DNA of 64,000 bases from Carcharhinus amblyrhynchos (lineage: Eukaryota), in contig OZ336900.1 in NCBI GenBank assembly GCA_965287045.1, positions 12,462,001 through 12,526,000 on the forward strand. Reading direction: 5' to 3'. Of the stretch, positions 51,801 to 64,000 are shown in pieces. The notes under the pieces are model-generated. The model did no database searches. It was not told the origin of the DNA and saw only the letters and a program-made list of their open reading frames with translations. Position 1 is the first letter of the stretch; the number at the start of each line of letters is the position of its first letter. A program made the position numbers and the translations under genes.

Positions 51801-52906
51801 TTCAGCTCCTAATTTGGCTGATTCCAGAACCTTCCATTACAGTCTGAATCGTTCCAATTCAGAACAACAATTGTCTTGGAGTCCATGATCGGTCACAAAT
51901 GAAACCCCACTTTCAAGAAGCAGATATTCTGAACTGCCAGAGGAGTTTCTAAACATGTGAGGATTGTTCCAGGATATGGCAAAGCGATGGTGCATGATCG
52001 GAGCTATGTTAAATGGGAAAATAAATGAATTAACTTTCTCAGGAGAGACAGAGCAGCGTCTCTAGTTTTTTTAGGAATTGCTGCAGTGCAGATTCAGAAG
52101 TGCTGTTGATAACAATTATTGTCCCATTGCTGCAGTTGTATCACTAAACACCCATCGAGCAAAATGCTTGGATTCTTTTGCTTTGTTCTAAATGCCTTTC
52201 TGGAACTATTCATCTGGAGTGTATTACACGTGTTGTAGGCTGTCTTTTCCTCCATTAGTTACTCAATGGTTATCAATGGTGGATAGTGGGATAACTTAAA
52301 TTTGGATTGGCAAATCACATGTCACTAATTGCCAAATGACTTAGTGCTGAGTGCTGACAATTACGAGGAGGATTTAAAGGGAAAATTACTGAGTAGTAAT
52401 TTGCTCTTCAGTGCTGAAGGAAGGATGTAGTGGTTTAGTTGTTGATGGCTGTCAGTTGCCTTTGCTGCCAGGCTTTGTTTCCAGCCAACAGTTTGACCTG
52501 TGGGAGACCTGCCAGTTAGTGACATACAAGCTGCCCCTGGAGCTGAAGAGTTTTCCTTTGCTGGGGCATCACCACCCTAATGTGACCCTGAATTCCTCCT
52601 TAGCTAAAGAAGTTACTGGGCTGATGCCTGTTTGGATAGATGGCAACGCCACTGACCACCCCCAATCGACAACAGAGGCTCCAGACTATCAAAAGACCCT
52701 TCCCTTTTGCTCCGTTCCCCCTTCCATTGTGACCTGAACCCCTGGACGAGGAACGTTCACCTTGACCTGCCAACAATGAACCCCATGCAAGTACTCACCC
52801 CACAGCTGTGCAGAACCATCAGTGTGTGCACAGTTGCCATGATGCCTGCAAGGTAATGTGTATTTTGTACCGTATTATTACCCTAAAACATTCTTTTATA
52901 CCACTA

Positions 52907-53420
52907 GATTTGATTTATAATTGTCACATATATTAGCATACGGTGAAAATTAGTGTTTCTTGCTTGCTATACACACAAAGCATACCATTCATAAAGAAGG
53001 AAAAGAGAGAGTGCAGAATGTAGTGTTACAGTCATCGCTAGGGTGTGGAAAAAGATTAAATTAATGCGAGGTAGGTCCATTCAAATGTCTGGTGGCAGCA
53101 GGGAAGAAGCTGTTCTTGAGTTGGTTGGCAGGTGACCTCAGACTTCTGTATCATTTTCCCAACGGAAAAAGATGGAAGAGAGAATGTCCGGGGTGTGTGG
53201 GGTCTGTAATTATGCTGGCCACTTTGCCGAGGCAGCGGGAAGTGTAGATGGAGTCAGTGGATGGGGGGCTGGTTTGAATGATGGACTGGACTATATTCTT
53301 GACCTTTTGTAGTTCCTTGCGGTCTTGGGCAGAACAGGAGCCATACCAAGCTGTGATACAACCAGAAAGAATGCTTTCTATGGTACATCTGTAAAGGTTG
53401 TTGAGAGTTGTAGCTAATGT
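52907..53420 (-). mobile_element. Rex1/Babar LINE 3' fragment
   Basis: Minus strand reads LYRCTIESILSGCITAWYGSCSAQDRKELQ; 3' end TGTGACAATTATAAATCAAATC. Confidence 0.8.
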
Positions 53421-53659
53421 GCCACTTTATTCTGGGTAGTTGTTGGGGGTGAGGAGATTGGAGTTGAGAAACCAGTGCATAATATTCAGCAACAGTAAGT
53501 GACTGGGATAACTTTCCTTTAACAACATTTTGATTTACGTTATTACACTGTCGAATGCATTGTACTTGAAAGTTGTAAATCTCCAGAGACAGAAATAATG
53601 TCATATTTTAATAATAAATCTAAACATGACACCAGAAAAAAAATATTGAAGTGTTAAAG

Positions 53660-53885
53660 AAAGAAAAGAACTAACTTGCATTTATATGGAGACTTTCAAG
53701 ACTTCTGGCCATCCCAGAGCACTTCAGTCATTAAGATACTTTTGAAGTCTGGTCACTCTGTCAAGTTAGGGAAACAAGGTAATCAGTTTATGCACAGCAA
53801 GATCCCAGGTGTGATAATGACCAGATAACTGGTTTCAGTAATATAGTTGAGGGAAACGCATTGACCTAATGTTCAGGAGAACTTC
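53660..53885 (-). mobile_element. SacSINE1-like fragment
   Basis: ACTTGCATTTATATGG...CACAGCAAGATCCC...TAGTTGAGGGA. Confidence 0.6.
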
Positions 53886-54459
53886 AAAAAAGTCAAATTC
53901 AGATTCCTAACTAATGCCCGTCATATTGTCCTCCAAGCAGCTGTCTCCCAAACTCATCTAATCCCTTGGTGGATAAATCCCAACCTCTGTTCCATTGCAA
54001 AGGCACTTAGACACTGTGAGCCTCCGCAAATCCATTCTGAATGCTGTGGAGCAATTAATGGTTTTTGGAAGCTGAAAATGTACATCATCACTGCAAAGTT
54101 TAATCTTTTCCGAATTGGAGAACTTAGCGCCTCATAAATAATCATCGCAGCTCATACAAACTTGATTACTGGGGAAATAGCCCTGTGACCTGCCGTGTCA
54201 GCAAGTATTTATCGCTGCTGGGTCTGAGATGGCGCATATAACTTGGGAGTGCTCGTCATCATTCACGTGGAGATTTTTAAACACATCTGCAAAAACTTTT
54301 TCACCAGCATTACTCTTTGCAGCCATTCACAATGACTCTTTCACTGTTGCCTCGTCCTTAAAATTGTTCATTGAAGTGGTTTGATTCATTGATGATAAAT
54401 GTTTGAAAAGAATTAAGTCCAAACAACATTGTCTTAATTGTTTCCAAATTATGTAATCT

Positions 54460-54712
54460 GGCCTGTACAGGTGGGTTTAATGGCTCATGTTGCAATGTTC
54501 AATGAAGGACAGTAGTTCCACTGTCCTAGCCAACATTTACAACTCAACTTCTGGTACCAAAATAGATAAATTGATCACTTTTCTTATTTGCTTTCCCGTG
54601 ATTTGTTGTACACACATTGCTTGCCTTACACCCAAAACAATTGAAATGTATTTAATCGGCTGTGAGAATCTCTAGATAGGAAAGATACTGTACAAATGTA
54701 TTCTTTCTTTAG
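54460..54712 (+). mobile_element. SacSINE1-like fragment; an HE1 head fragment follows at 54724-54790
   Basis: Degenerate Deu-like core and tail. Confidence 0.5.
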
Positions 54713-54984
54713 ATTAAAAACATGGGCGATGCAGTGGCACAATGGCTACCACTACTGCTTCACAGTGCAGGGACCCGAGTTCAATTCCTGACCACGTATT
54801 GGTAGTCTCATTTAGAAAGCACCAGATAGAAAAGAAATTAACAGAAAATGCATTTTTTGTGGTCTTGAAAATGTTACCGAAATTGTGAACCATGTCAACC
54901 TTCTGATCCCATCATGTTTGCACAATTCAACAATCCATGTCACAGTCCCATGCTGTTTGGTTTCATAGAGATGGTTTTTCAATT

Positions 54985-55266
54985 GTTTAGTTTATTATCA
55001 GTTTCACAGGTAGGCTTATGTTAACACTGCAATGACGTTGCTGTGAAATTCCTCGAATCGCCACACTCCGGTGCCTGTTTGGGTACACTGAGGGAGAAGT
55101 TAGCATGGCCAATGCGCCTAGCCAACACATCTTTCAGAATGTGGGAGGAAACCCACGCAGACACAAGGGAAAATGTGCAGACTCTGCAGAAACAGTGACC
55201 CAAGGCTCGAATCGAACCCGGGTCTCTGGCATTGTGAGGCAGCAGTGCTAACCACTATGCCACCCA
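54985..55266 (-). mobile_element. HE1 SINE, type B
   Basis: Reverse-complement HE1 with type B tail. Confidence 0.88.
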
Positions 55267-55955
55267 ATTGTGATCAACTAACCAATGACTTCCTCCTTCA
55301 TGAACCCAGTTGGTGAATGCGATTGACTTTGCCCAAAGAATTTCCCATCTCTCTCTCTCTCTGCTCCACACACACCTACCCCCCACTACCTTTGTGCAGA
55401 AGCCAGCACTAATTTGAATTTGCTGGCATTCGATTTCCACTTAGTACAATAAAATATTCTGGAACTTTCCAGACGATTATAATTAATCGGGAGTTGAAGA
55501 CATATGTTTATTTTTCTTTCCTAGCAATTCTCTTTCTGAGATAAATGGGGTTGGTTGGCAATACATTTTGTTGGCTCACTTGCATGCTACTTCAGACACC
55601 TTCCCCATGAGTATCAGATAATAAAGTCTGATTTCAGTCTTGTGGAATGGAGAGGTGTCAGATGGAACAGAGACTCTTTTCTTTGGCATAAGAAACTATG
55701 CCAACACTTCCCAGTACTCAAGTCTTGTCAGGTGTTGGCAGAAAGCTGGGAGCAGATCATCTTCCCATCAATTACAAAATGGTGTATGACATAGCAGCAT
55801 CTAAAGAAGTGGCAAGCTTACAACATAGCTGATAAAGTATATACAGGTTTAGTTTGTTTCGTTTTATTTGCTCAGTAAAGAGATATGGCATGTGAAGATT
55901 ATTTAACTGTCACCTTTCTCAACTGCTTCTTGCGTGATCCAAAAGATAAAGACAT

Positions 55956-56250
55956 GGGCAGCACAGTGGTTAGCACTGCTGCCTCACAGCGCCAAGGACC
56001 TATGTTCGATTCCCGGCTTGGGTCACTGTTTGTGTGGAATTTGCACGTTCTCCCCTGGGTTTCCTCTGGGTGCTTCTGTTTCCTCCCACAGTCAAAAGAT
56101 GTGTGGGTCAGGTGGACTGGCTCTTTAGTGTCAGGGGGACTAGCTAGGGTAAATGCATGGGATTATTGGGATAAAACCTAGGTGGGATTGTAGTCAGTGC
56201 AGATTCAATGGGCTGAATGGCCTCCTTCTGCACTGTAGGGATTCTATGAT
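55956..56250 (+). mobile_element. HE1 SINE, type A
   Basis: Head, V-domain and tail present. Confidence 0.9.
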
Positions 56251-56700
56251 AACTAAATTTGGAGGTAAGACCCTTCAGCAGTCTTTGTGGCAAGGTCTCA
56301 GTTGAGCAGGTTTGGAGGGCAGCCAAGGTTACAGTCGTTCAGGTTTCATTTTCTAATATTGAATCTCTTTCAAAAATAAAATATGTAATTTCTCTCCCTC
56401 ATCCATTTCTACTGTCATAAAATAATGAGAAACAATGCATTTTCAATGACCTAATCACAAGTTTGCAATTTAAAATTACTCGTTAGTCAGATTTAGCTGA
56501 GAGAGACCTCAGCAGCAGAGTGACAAATGAGAATGCTTCTAATCTAGAAGGGCATGTTTATACAGGTTGGATTGAATGCCGCCATTTTGAACAAAAAAAA
56601 TATTGAGTACCTAATCCAGCTGTGGCCACTTCTCAGACACAAATTTAATTGAAATAGCTTTACTATCGAAGTCAATACTCAACCATATTCAATACTCAAA

Positions 56701-57018
56701 GGACGCACTGTGGTAAGCACTGCTGCCTCACAGCTCCAGGGACCTCAGTTTGATTCTTAACTTGGGTCACTGTCTGTGTGGAGTTTGCACGTTCTCCCTG
56801 TGTCTGCGTGTTTCCTCTCAAGGTCCAAAGATGTGCAGGTTAGGTTGATTGGCCATGCTAAATTGCCCCTTAGTGTCCTAGGGTGTGGATGTTAGAGGGA
56901 TTAACAGGGTAAATATGTGGAATTTCAGAGATAGGGCCTGGATGGGATTGTTGTCGGTGCAGACTTGATGGGCCGAATGGCCTCCTTCTGCACTGTAGGG
57001 TTTCTATGATTGTATGAT
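56701..57018 (+). mobile_element. HE1 SINE, type A
   Basis: Head, V-domain and tail present. Confidence 0.9.
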
Positions 57019-57171
57019 TAACTGACAGAATAATCATGCATTATAATATCAGTGACATGAGGGAGAAAGTATGATTTAGGAAGAAAACTGGTAATAGAGC
57101 CATGGGAACTTTGATAATATTTGGAATGGAACTGGAATGAGTGTTGATGCATTGACAAGTAGTAGGCCCCT

Positions 57172-57440
57172 TGGCAGCACAATGGGACAGTGGTTAGCAC
57201 TATTGCCTCACAGCTCCATGGACCCAGACTCAATTCTGGCCTTAGGTGACTGTGTGGAGTCTGCATGTCTGCGTGGGTTTCCTCTGGGTGGCCTGGTTTC
57301 CTCCCATAGTCCAAAGATGTGCAGGTTAGGTGCCCTGGCCATGGTAAATGCTTGGGATTATGAGGATTATGCTAAAATTCTCTTTTGGAGAGTCAGTACA
57401 GCCTTTTTGGGTCGAATGGCCCATTTCTGCACTGTAGGCA
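57172..57440 (+). mobile_element. HE1 SINE, type A
   Basis: Head, V-domain and tail present. Confidence 0.85.
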
Positions 57441-57947
57441 TTAATAAGTGAACCTAGTCAGCATATGGTGCTGTTTGTTATTCTTGAGGTCATTTGTGGA
57501 AAATTTTGTGATTGCCAAGTAAGGATGATTTGAGATTGACAATTGAAGGCCGTTTTTCCTCCTTACAGTAGGATCAAGATGGATTTGTCCTGGTGTGGTG
57601 TAGGTGAAAGCTGTATTGTCTATCCTTGTGCTTGAACCTCCACCTAAGAAAGAAAAGGGCAGTGTCTCCTTCATTTACTCTTCAGTGGGGAGTGATTGCA
57701 ATGTAGGCAGAATGAATGCCTTCAACAGGACTAATGTAACATTTCTGATCTCATGTTTGTGGCATCCTATTACTTCACCATGGTAGATACTTCTGTGTAA
57801 ACCTCAACTGCTTAATCTAATTTAATTAGTAAAACTTACATTTTGTCAGTCCAAGCGAAATTCAAACACAGGTGTCACCATTGGAATTACAGCACTGAAC
57901 TGTACAGAGGAGAATGGAGTAAAATCCAAACTTTGGCTTTCCTTTAA

Positions 57948-58280
57948 GGGCGACACGGTGACTCAGTGGTTAGCACTGCTGCCTCACAGTGCCAGGGGCT
58001 TGGGTTCAATTCTAGCTTTGGGGCTGTGTCTGTTTGGAGTTTACAAGTTCTCCCTGTGTCAGCGTGGGTTTCCTCCAGGTGCTCCGGTTTCCTCCCACAC
58101 TCCAAAGATGCGCAGATTAAGTTGATTGGCAATAGTAACTTGCCCCTTAGTGTCAGGGGGATTAGCAAGGAAAATATGTGGGGTAGTGGGGAACCGACCA
58201 GCGTGGGTTTGTTGCCGTTGTAGGTTCGATTCACTGAATGATCTCCTTCCACATTGTAGGGATTGTATTCTATGATTCTA
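57948..58280 (+). mobile_element. HE1 SINE, type A, adjacent to the exon 15 acceptor
   Basis: Full-length copy ending ATTCTATGATTCTA, 35 nt before exon 15. Confidence 0.9.
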
Positions 58281-58315
58281 GATGTGTCAACATTCCATTT
58301 CTCTTCCCATTCTAG

Positions 58316-58426
<111 letters not shown>

Positions 58427-59089
58427 TAAGTAAACAAACAATTTTTGACTCTCGTCTCCAACACTGACTTTAAGCTCATTAGTAAGCTCTGATTAATTCC
58501 TTTAAATGCAGAGTGTTGGAACACTCTTACCACTGCTTCAGTTGTACAAAGTATTTCCCCCAAGAATGACTGTTACATACCTTGATTAATGCCCCAGGTC
58601 TCATTTACATGAGCTGCACCTTTGTCCTTGTGTATACCTGACAGTCTGAACATGGATCTATTCCACCAGCAGTAAATTACTCCAGCCTTTTTGCCCATCT
58701 CTGTTGCAGCTGGCTGTTACAGTATCTCTCTTGCCTACACATATTTGCTTAGGCTCTCATCTTCAACCATGGAATTCTGTCTTCTCCCACTCAACATCTA
58801 CTGGTTATGCATCACTCCAGCAAGGGGTTTGAGGCACTTCCTTGCATATAGAGCACTATAGAAATGGAAATTGCTGTTGCCTGATACAAGATATGGAGCC
58901 TTACCTCTGCACAGCTCTACATTTTCCTCTTAATTCAATGTGAAATGTATAAACTTTGATCTCCAGATTTGCCCTGACTTGAAGTTTGGATTGGACTTCA
59001 TGTCAGAATGAATTCAAAAGTAGGGACATGTGACAAAGCCACTTTGTACTTCAGTGACAAGGTCATGTGCTCATTCAATGTAGAACTGG

Positions 59090-59380
59090 GTCGATGTGCA
59101 AAAATGCGCAGTGTGAAGGCCAGATGGTTTCGTAAGTGAAGCATTATCCTTCAACTCTGACACCCAAATTCAAGGCCAGCTCAGCCAAATGGATTAAAGT
59201 TTTCTTTATTTGCTGGCTGGGAGAGGTGAATGTAAAATAAGCTTGAACAATTTCACCCCAGTTCTAACGGTGTACAGAGAGCTATTCTCTCTCTAGTCTA
59301 AAATAGGCAATCTTAATCTGAGCAAAGTTTTGAAAAAGCCTAGTGTGCAAAATAAAGATGTTACACGATGCGAGAATGAG
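59090..59380 (+). mobile_element. Possible LF-SINE-like relic
   Basis: Loose match, from memory, to the LF-SINE core: TGCTGGCTG...ATGTAAAATAAG...CCCAGTTC. Confidence 0.3.
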
Positions 59381-59652
59381 GACTAAGGCACAGTGCAAGC
59401 ATAAATTAAAGCTCTGAATTTTACCAAGCTGTCTCTAACTCAGAATGCCCCAAGTGATAATGTTGTCTATTCTCAGTTCTTGCATCCTTTGTCCCGTTGA
59501 CAGCAAACAATATTGATCAAAATGATATGAGCCTGAATTTTCCTGGCGTTCATGCCCTGCTGCTGCTGCAAGCGAGGATGGAGAATTTGTTGCTCAGCTG
59601 AATCTCCATTAACTGCAGCATAAATAGCCAGAAAGTTCCAACCATTGTTAAT

Positions 59653-59953
59653 GGGCAGCACAGTGGTTAGCCCTGCTGCCTCACAGCACCGGGAACCCAG
59701 GTACGATTCCCAGTTTGGATCACACTCTGTGTGGAGTCTGCATGTTCTCCCTGTGTATGCGTGGGTTCCCTGCAAATGCTCTGGCTTCCTCTCCCAGTCT
59801 GAAAGACCTGCTGGTTAGATGCATTGGCCATGCTAAATTCTACCTCAATGTACAATGCAAGCAGTAGAGTGTAGCCATTAGAGGATTTTCACAGTAACTT
59901 CATTGCAGTGTTAATGTAAGCCTACTCGTGAACTAATAAATAAATTTAAACTT
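59653..59953 (+). mobile_element. HE1 SINE, type B
   Basis: Head, V-domain and type B tail present. Confidence 0.88.
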
Positions 59954-60079
59954 AAGAGAGACAGAGGGCAATATTTTTGTGTTCAGGGTGACCTATTTCC
60001 AGGTTGCATTACCTGATCGTTTTCAAGTTCCATATCAGACCCTCTTCCCAGCTTCATTTTGGATTCATTGTTTCTTAGC

Positions 60080-60335
60080 ACTGCTTCCACCGCTCTCTAC
60101 CACTTGGTGCTGGATCCTGTCATTTAATCTTCCTTATCCAGTAAAGCTCCTACTACTCCTCCCCTCACCTCTCTCCATGTCACTTCCATGTCTACCTCCT
60201 CTTGCTATTATCTCTCTGCTCATTGTCACTTCCACTTTTCAGCAGCCCCCTTTCCTCCCTTCCTTTGTTGCTCTCTCTGCTTAGTACTGTTCTGACTACT
60301 TACTCCTCTCTGGCGATTACTGCTCCCTATCCATT
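60080..60335 (+). repeat. Pyrimidine-rich low-complexity tract
   Basis: CT-rich, G-poor composition. Confidence 0.6.
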
Positions 60336-61918
60336 AGTACATATAATTAAAAGTCTTGTGAATAACAGTCACACATTAAATGTGACAGCCTATACATTTA
60401 ATCTGTGAATGAGCTATTTGCAAGGCACAAAAAAATTATCCATCACACTTTCCTGATTGGCTTCAATAACTACTATCTGTCAAGTTAACTACACTGGTTC
60501 ACTCAAAAATGTTGAAGTAATCCTTCATAAAACAGCAGTGAAAAACCATTTATAAAGGAGAACACAGCAGTATTGAGAATTTCTACATATCCCAGTTACT
60601 CACAGGAAGGGTAATGTTTTAAAATATAGTAGTTTGCATTTTCCAGTAGGTAGTTTAGAATATGCGACCCACATTGTTAGGTATAGGTCTCATTATTCTT
60701 TGTATGATAAGTGCCTAATCTGAGCTGTGTTGCAAAGGATGTGAGGATGAATCAGCCTCCTTCGTACACCTCCTCGTGACTGCTAAATCTTACTAGAAGA
60801 AAAATGTACAGCTATCTTCTTGACCTCCTCAAATGTAGCATGGAGCGCTAACTTGTCACTGAATATAAGGTATTACTTTTCTGTCTGGAAAGGGTAATAA
60901 AATTTAATATTGGAACAGGAATGCAACTTAATGTGGAGAGATAAGTAGCATAATTAAAATAAATCTGGGTTCCAAATCAGATAGCTGCATATAGTGCTTA
61001 GTATAAATAGACTGATTCTTCTTCCAAGTAATGTCATCAGGAGTGATGGGTAGATATTTCAGTGGTGTCCAAGGCATGCCCTAGGTCAGGGCAAAGATGA
61101 CCATTAATGTGAAGGGGGAATCAAATTCAATTGAGCTCACCAAATGGAATTGGATTGGCCTTCCAAATATAAGTAGAGTATATGAAAGCAGTTAATGTCT
61201 CCATATGGTAATTACAGTTCAGATTTTGGATTTCCCCTCGGGAGAAACTGATTACTTTATTACGAGAGTCATGTTCATATACCAAACAACAGTCGCCTTG
61301 TCATGGTAATGGCTGCTTGGAAAACTCGCATCATCTGTTCTCATGGGGTTAATGAGATTTAAACAAGGAGGGGTTGTTATTGTCGACTAATGATGCAGTG
61401 CCACAAGGAAGTGATGATCAATGAATGCAGATGTTCTAATGAGATTTAGGAATCGCCTAAAAATCTTCACTTGACACATAGGTTTTGCCTAGAGACTCAA
61501 TTATCCTGTTTTCTAGTTTAAATTAAAGAGACCTCATTATTCATACTCTCATGTCCTTGCTAGTGTTAGATGGATAATGCTATCCAATTCTCTTTAATTA
61601 AGCCCTATGATAATCAATATGTCCTTTTGTATATAGTTGCACAAATTAATCCATGTTAACATTACTGTAAATACAGCTGTTTTATGGAATCGTGTTAGGA
61701 AAGAGAAAGATATCATTAAATAGATGAAAAGTTTTAAACTGTAAGTATTGGAGCTGATTGTTTTCAAAACGCTTGATTGATTCATCGTAGATTCTGGGTG
61801 ATTCTTCATCCAGTGATGTGGATCTGTGCTGGACATTGTGAAATATTCAGTCGGATAACCTGCTTTGATATTGTGAGCCTTTAGAGTTATTTCCAGCATC
61901 TTTGACTGTAAAAGATAA

Positions 61919-62170
61919 TGGCCAGGATTTTGCAGTTGTAATGACAGTGAGACTACAACATTCACTGTAATTATGACTGTGAAACTGACAGCAGATTCTG
62001 GCACCGAAACATTCACCGTTACATGTGGAAATCCAGAAGCTGCAGTCAGTGAGTCCTCACTTCCCCACAGGGTGTGCTGTTGCCAAGTTCCTGCGGATGA
62101 AAATCCTTTGAAATCACTTGAACTGATGCGAGCTTCCATTTTTACATTTGGCCTCACTGTAAAAATCCTT
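61919..62170. mobile_element. MITE-like element
   Basis: Imperfect terminal inverted repeats AGGATTTTGCAGT and ACTGTAAAAATCCT. Confidence 0.45.
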
Positions 62171-62599
62171 GAAACATGATGTCTTATTCAGTGAGGTCTG
62201 AATTCATAATTGATAATGAACAACCTCTCCGGCCCAGGAAAAATGATTTTATATTTGTGAAATGTCAAATGTTTCCATTATGATAGGAATTCCATCGGTT
62301 TTTAAATATGTTATACTCATGATATTTAAATTTCTAGTTTAATACCACGTGTACATTCAAACCTTTATTTTCCTCTCTGTAAAGTGATAATGTGAAAGAT
62401 AATCAGTGCTTTAAAGTTCCTGATGTTGCTGTCTGGGAGAGTTCTTTAATGTGATTAGCTACTTAACCTTGATACAACCCAGGGGGAATTTTACAATCAT
62501 TCCCCTCCCCCATTCCTCACCAGCAGGAATGAAGGCCAGGTGACGGGGACACATAAAATCAAACAAATGGCTAGCTCACTGTCTTCCTGCCCAACCTTG

Positions 62600-62848
62600 C
62601 AGCACCAGGGTCCCAGGTTCAATTCCTGGCATGGGTCACTGTCTGTGTGGAGTTTGCACGTTCTCTCTGCACCTGCGTGGGTTTCCTCTGGATGCTCCGG
62701 TTCCCCCCCACGCTCCAAAAGACGTGCTGGTTAGGTGTGTCGGCCATGCTAAATTCTCCCCCCTGTGTACCCAAACAGGCACCAGACTGTGGCAGCGAGA
62801 GGATTTTCACAGTAACTGTTACTTGTGACACTAATAAATACTAAACTG
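62600..62848 (+). mobile_element. HE1 SINE, type B, 5'-clipped
   Basis: B box, V-domain and type B tail present. Confidence 0.88.
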
Positions 62849-62914
62849 AATGCTATATTGTGGTGTATGGCATCAGCCAGCCTGTCCATCTTTTGGCCTG
62901 TTGAACAATAGAAT

Positions 62915-63335
62915 CCATTGGAACCACTACAGTGCAGAAAGAGGCCATTCTGACCAATGAGTCTGCACTGACTCTCCGAAAGAACATTTTACCCATGTTT
63001 AGCTTGATAAGGGGTTAAAATGGTAAAAGTGTAGTTAGAGAAAAGATATTTTTTCTGGTTGGGGAACTCTGTAACAAGGGGCGCAATATTGAAGTTAGAG
63101 ATAGATCATACAAGGGTGACATCAGAAAGCACTGTTTCCACACACAGTGGAAATGTGGAAAATTCTCTTGCAAAAGATGGTTGGCCAATTGAAAAATTTG
63201 ACTGAGATTGACTGATTTTTTTTTGCTAAGTGTATGAAAGGATATATGTAAAAGAAAGGTAAATGGAGTTGAGATACTGACCAGGTGACATATGCCAGAA
63301 CAAGCTTGAAGACCTGAATGGTCTGTTCTTCATAT
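62915..63335. mobile_element. Minus-strand HE1/CR1 tail (62915-62995) next to a + strand CR1 3' relic
   Basis: CTACAGTGCAGAAAGAGGCCATTC, then TRGRNI...IRKHCF remnants and a CR1 tail. Confidence 0.6.
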
Positions 63336-64000
63336 GTATCTTAACACCGTAGCCATGTTTAAAGACAGTCGATGACTGTTAAAATTTCAGGATGATTAGT
63401 AATTATGATCAACTTCCAATTTAAGTTGATAAGTTGTCCATTGAGTTTTGTTTCAATTTCTCTTTAGTCCATATTAGACTGCACAAAATAAATACTTGTG
63501 TGGGTTCGGCTGTAAACATTACATTAATGACAAAAATATTATAAATTTAATTTTACACTGATTTTTCTTCATACTTGGATTCAATATTTCTTGCTTAATT
63601 AATAATGATTGTGCAACTAATAAAAATTGATTTTCAGCCTTTTTTCTTAGTAAGTGTAATAGAATGACTATAATTAGTAGAGTAAAGTGATGGATGATAG
63701 GACCAGAGCTAGAAATATTTCCTCACTTGACACTTCAAGTGTGTTAATTGACAAGCAAGTTGATGTACACAATCAGAAATTATATGGATGATCCTTTTAT
63801 CGTTTGATTCATTCTCTATTAAGAAGATCGTTGCGGTTTACTGGGCATAGATTTAACACAAATGCACTTATGACAGACTGACTGCTTTGTGAACAGTACT
63901 TGCAATTGTCTGGCTTAAGGAGAAATAATATTAAACTGGTATTGCAGGGCCTAATATTGAGTATAATTCTGAATTTCTGGTGTGCCCTGGTTTCGACTGG

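Noticed and set aside
61594-62157. Longest ORF in the track (187 aa, minus strand)
   Set aside because: No recognisable domain, non-ATG start, overlaps a MITE-like element, and antisense within an intron. Likely chance.

Overview
Vertebrate genomic DNA; the HE1/V-SINE, SacSINE1-like and CR1 repeats point to a cartilaginous fish, probably a shark. The whole window lies inside a + strand KCNMA1 (Slo1, BK channel alpha subunit) gene. Eight short coding exons that the ORF track missed are visible (exon 9, 9alt and 10-15 in mammalian numbering). They have canonical AG/GT ends and compatible phases, and encode the end of S6, the C-linker and most of RCK1. The most notable structure is a tandem pair of 92-nt exons (9 and 9alt), 85 nt apart, that must be mutually exclusive. 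Exon 9alt carries the S->R and E->A inner-vestibule changes reported for the low-conductance BK channel of skate electroreceptors, and it is flanked by RBFOX motifs, a dense NOVA-type YCAY cluster and a candidate sterically blocking branch point. The introns hold about 20 HE1 SINE copies or fragments with two tail types, CR1/Rex/L2-like LINE relics, two decayed Gypsy elements, a Penelope-type palindrome with hammerhead-ribozyme cores, and a 35-bp G-rich minisatellite with higher-order structure. Repeat boundaries are approximate and family names come from recalled consensus sequences, not a database search. No prokaryote-type system (CRISPR, operon) is present.
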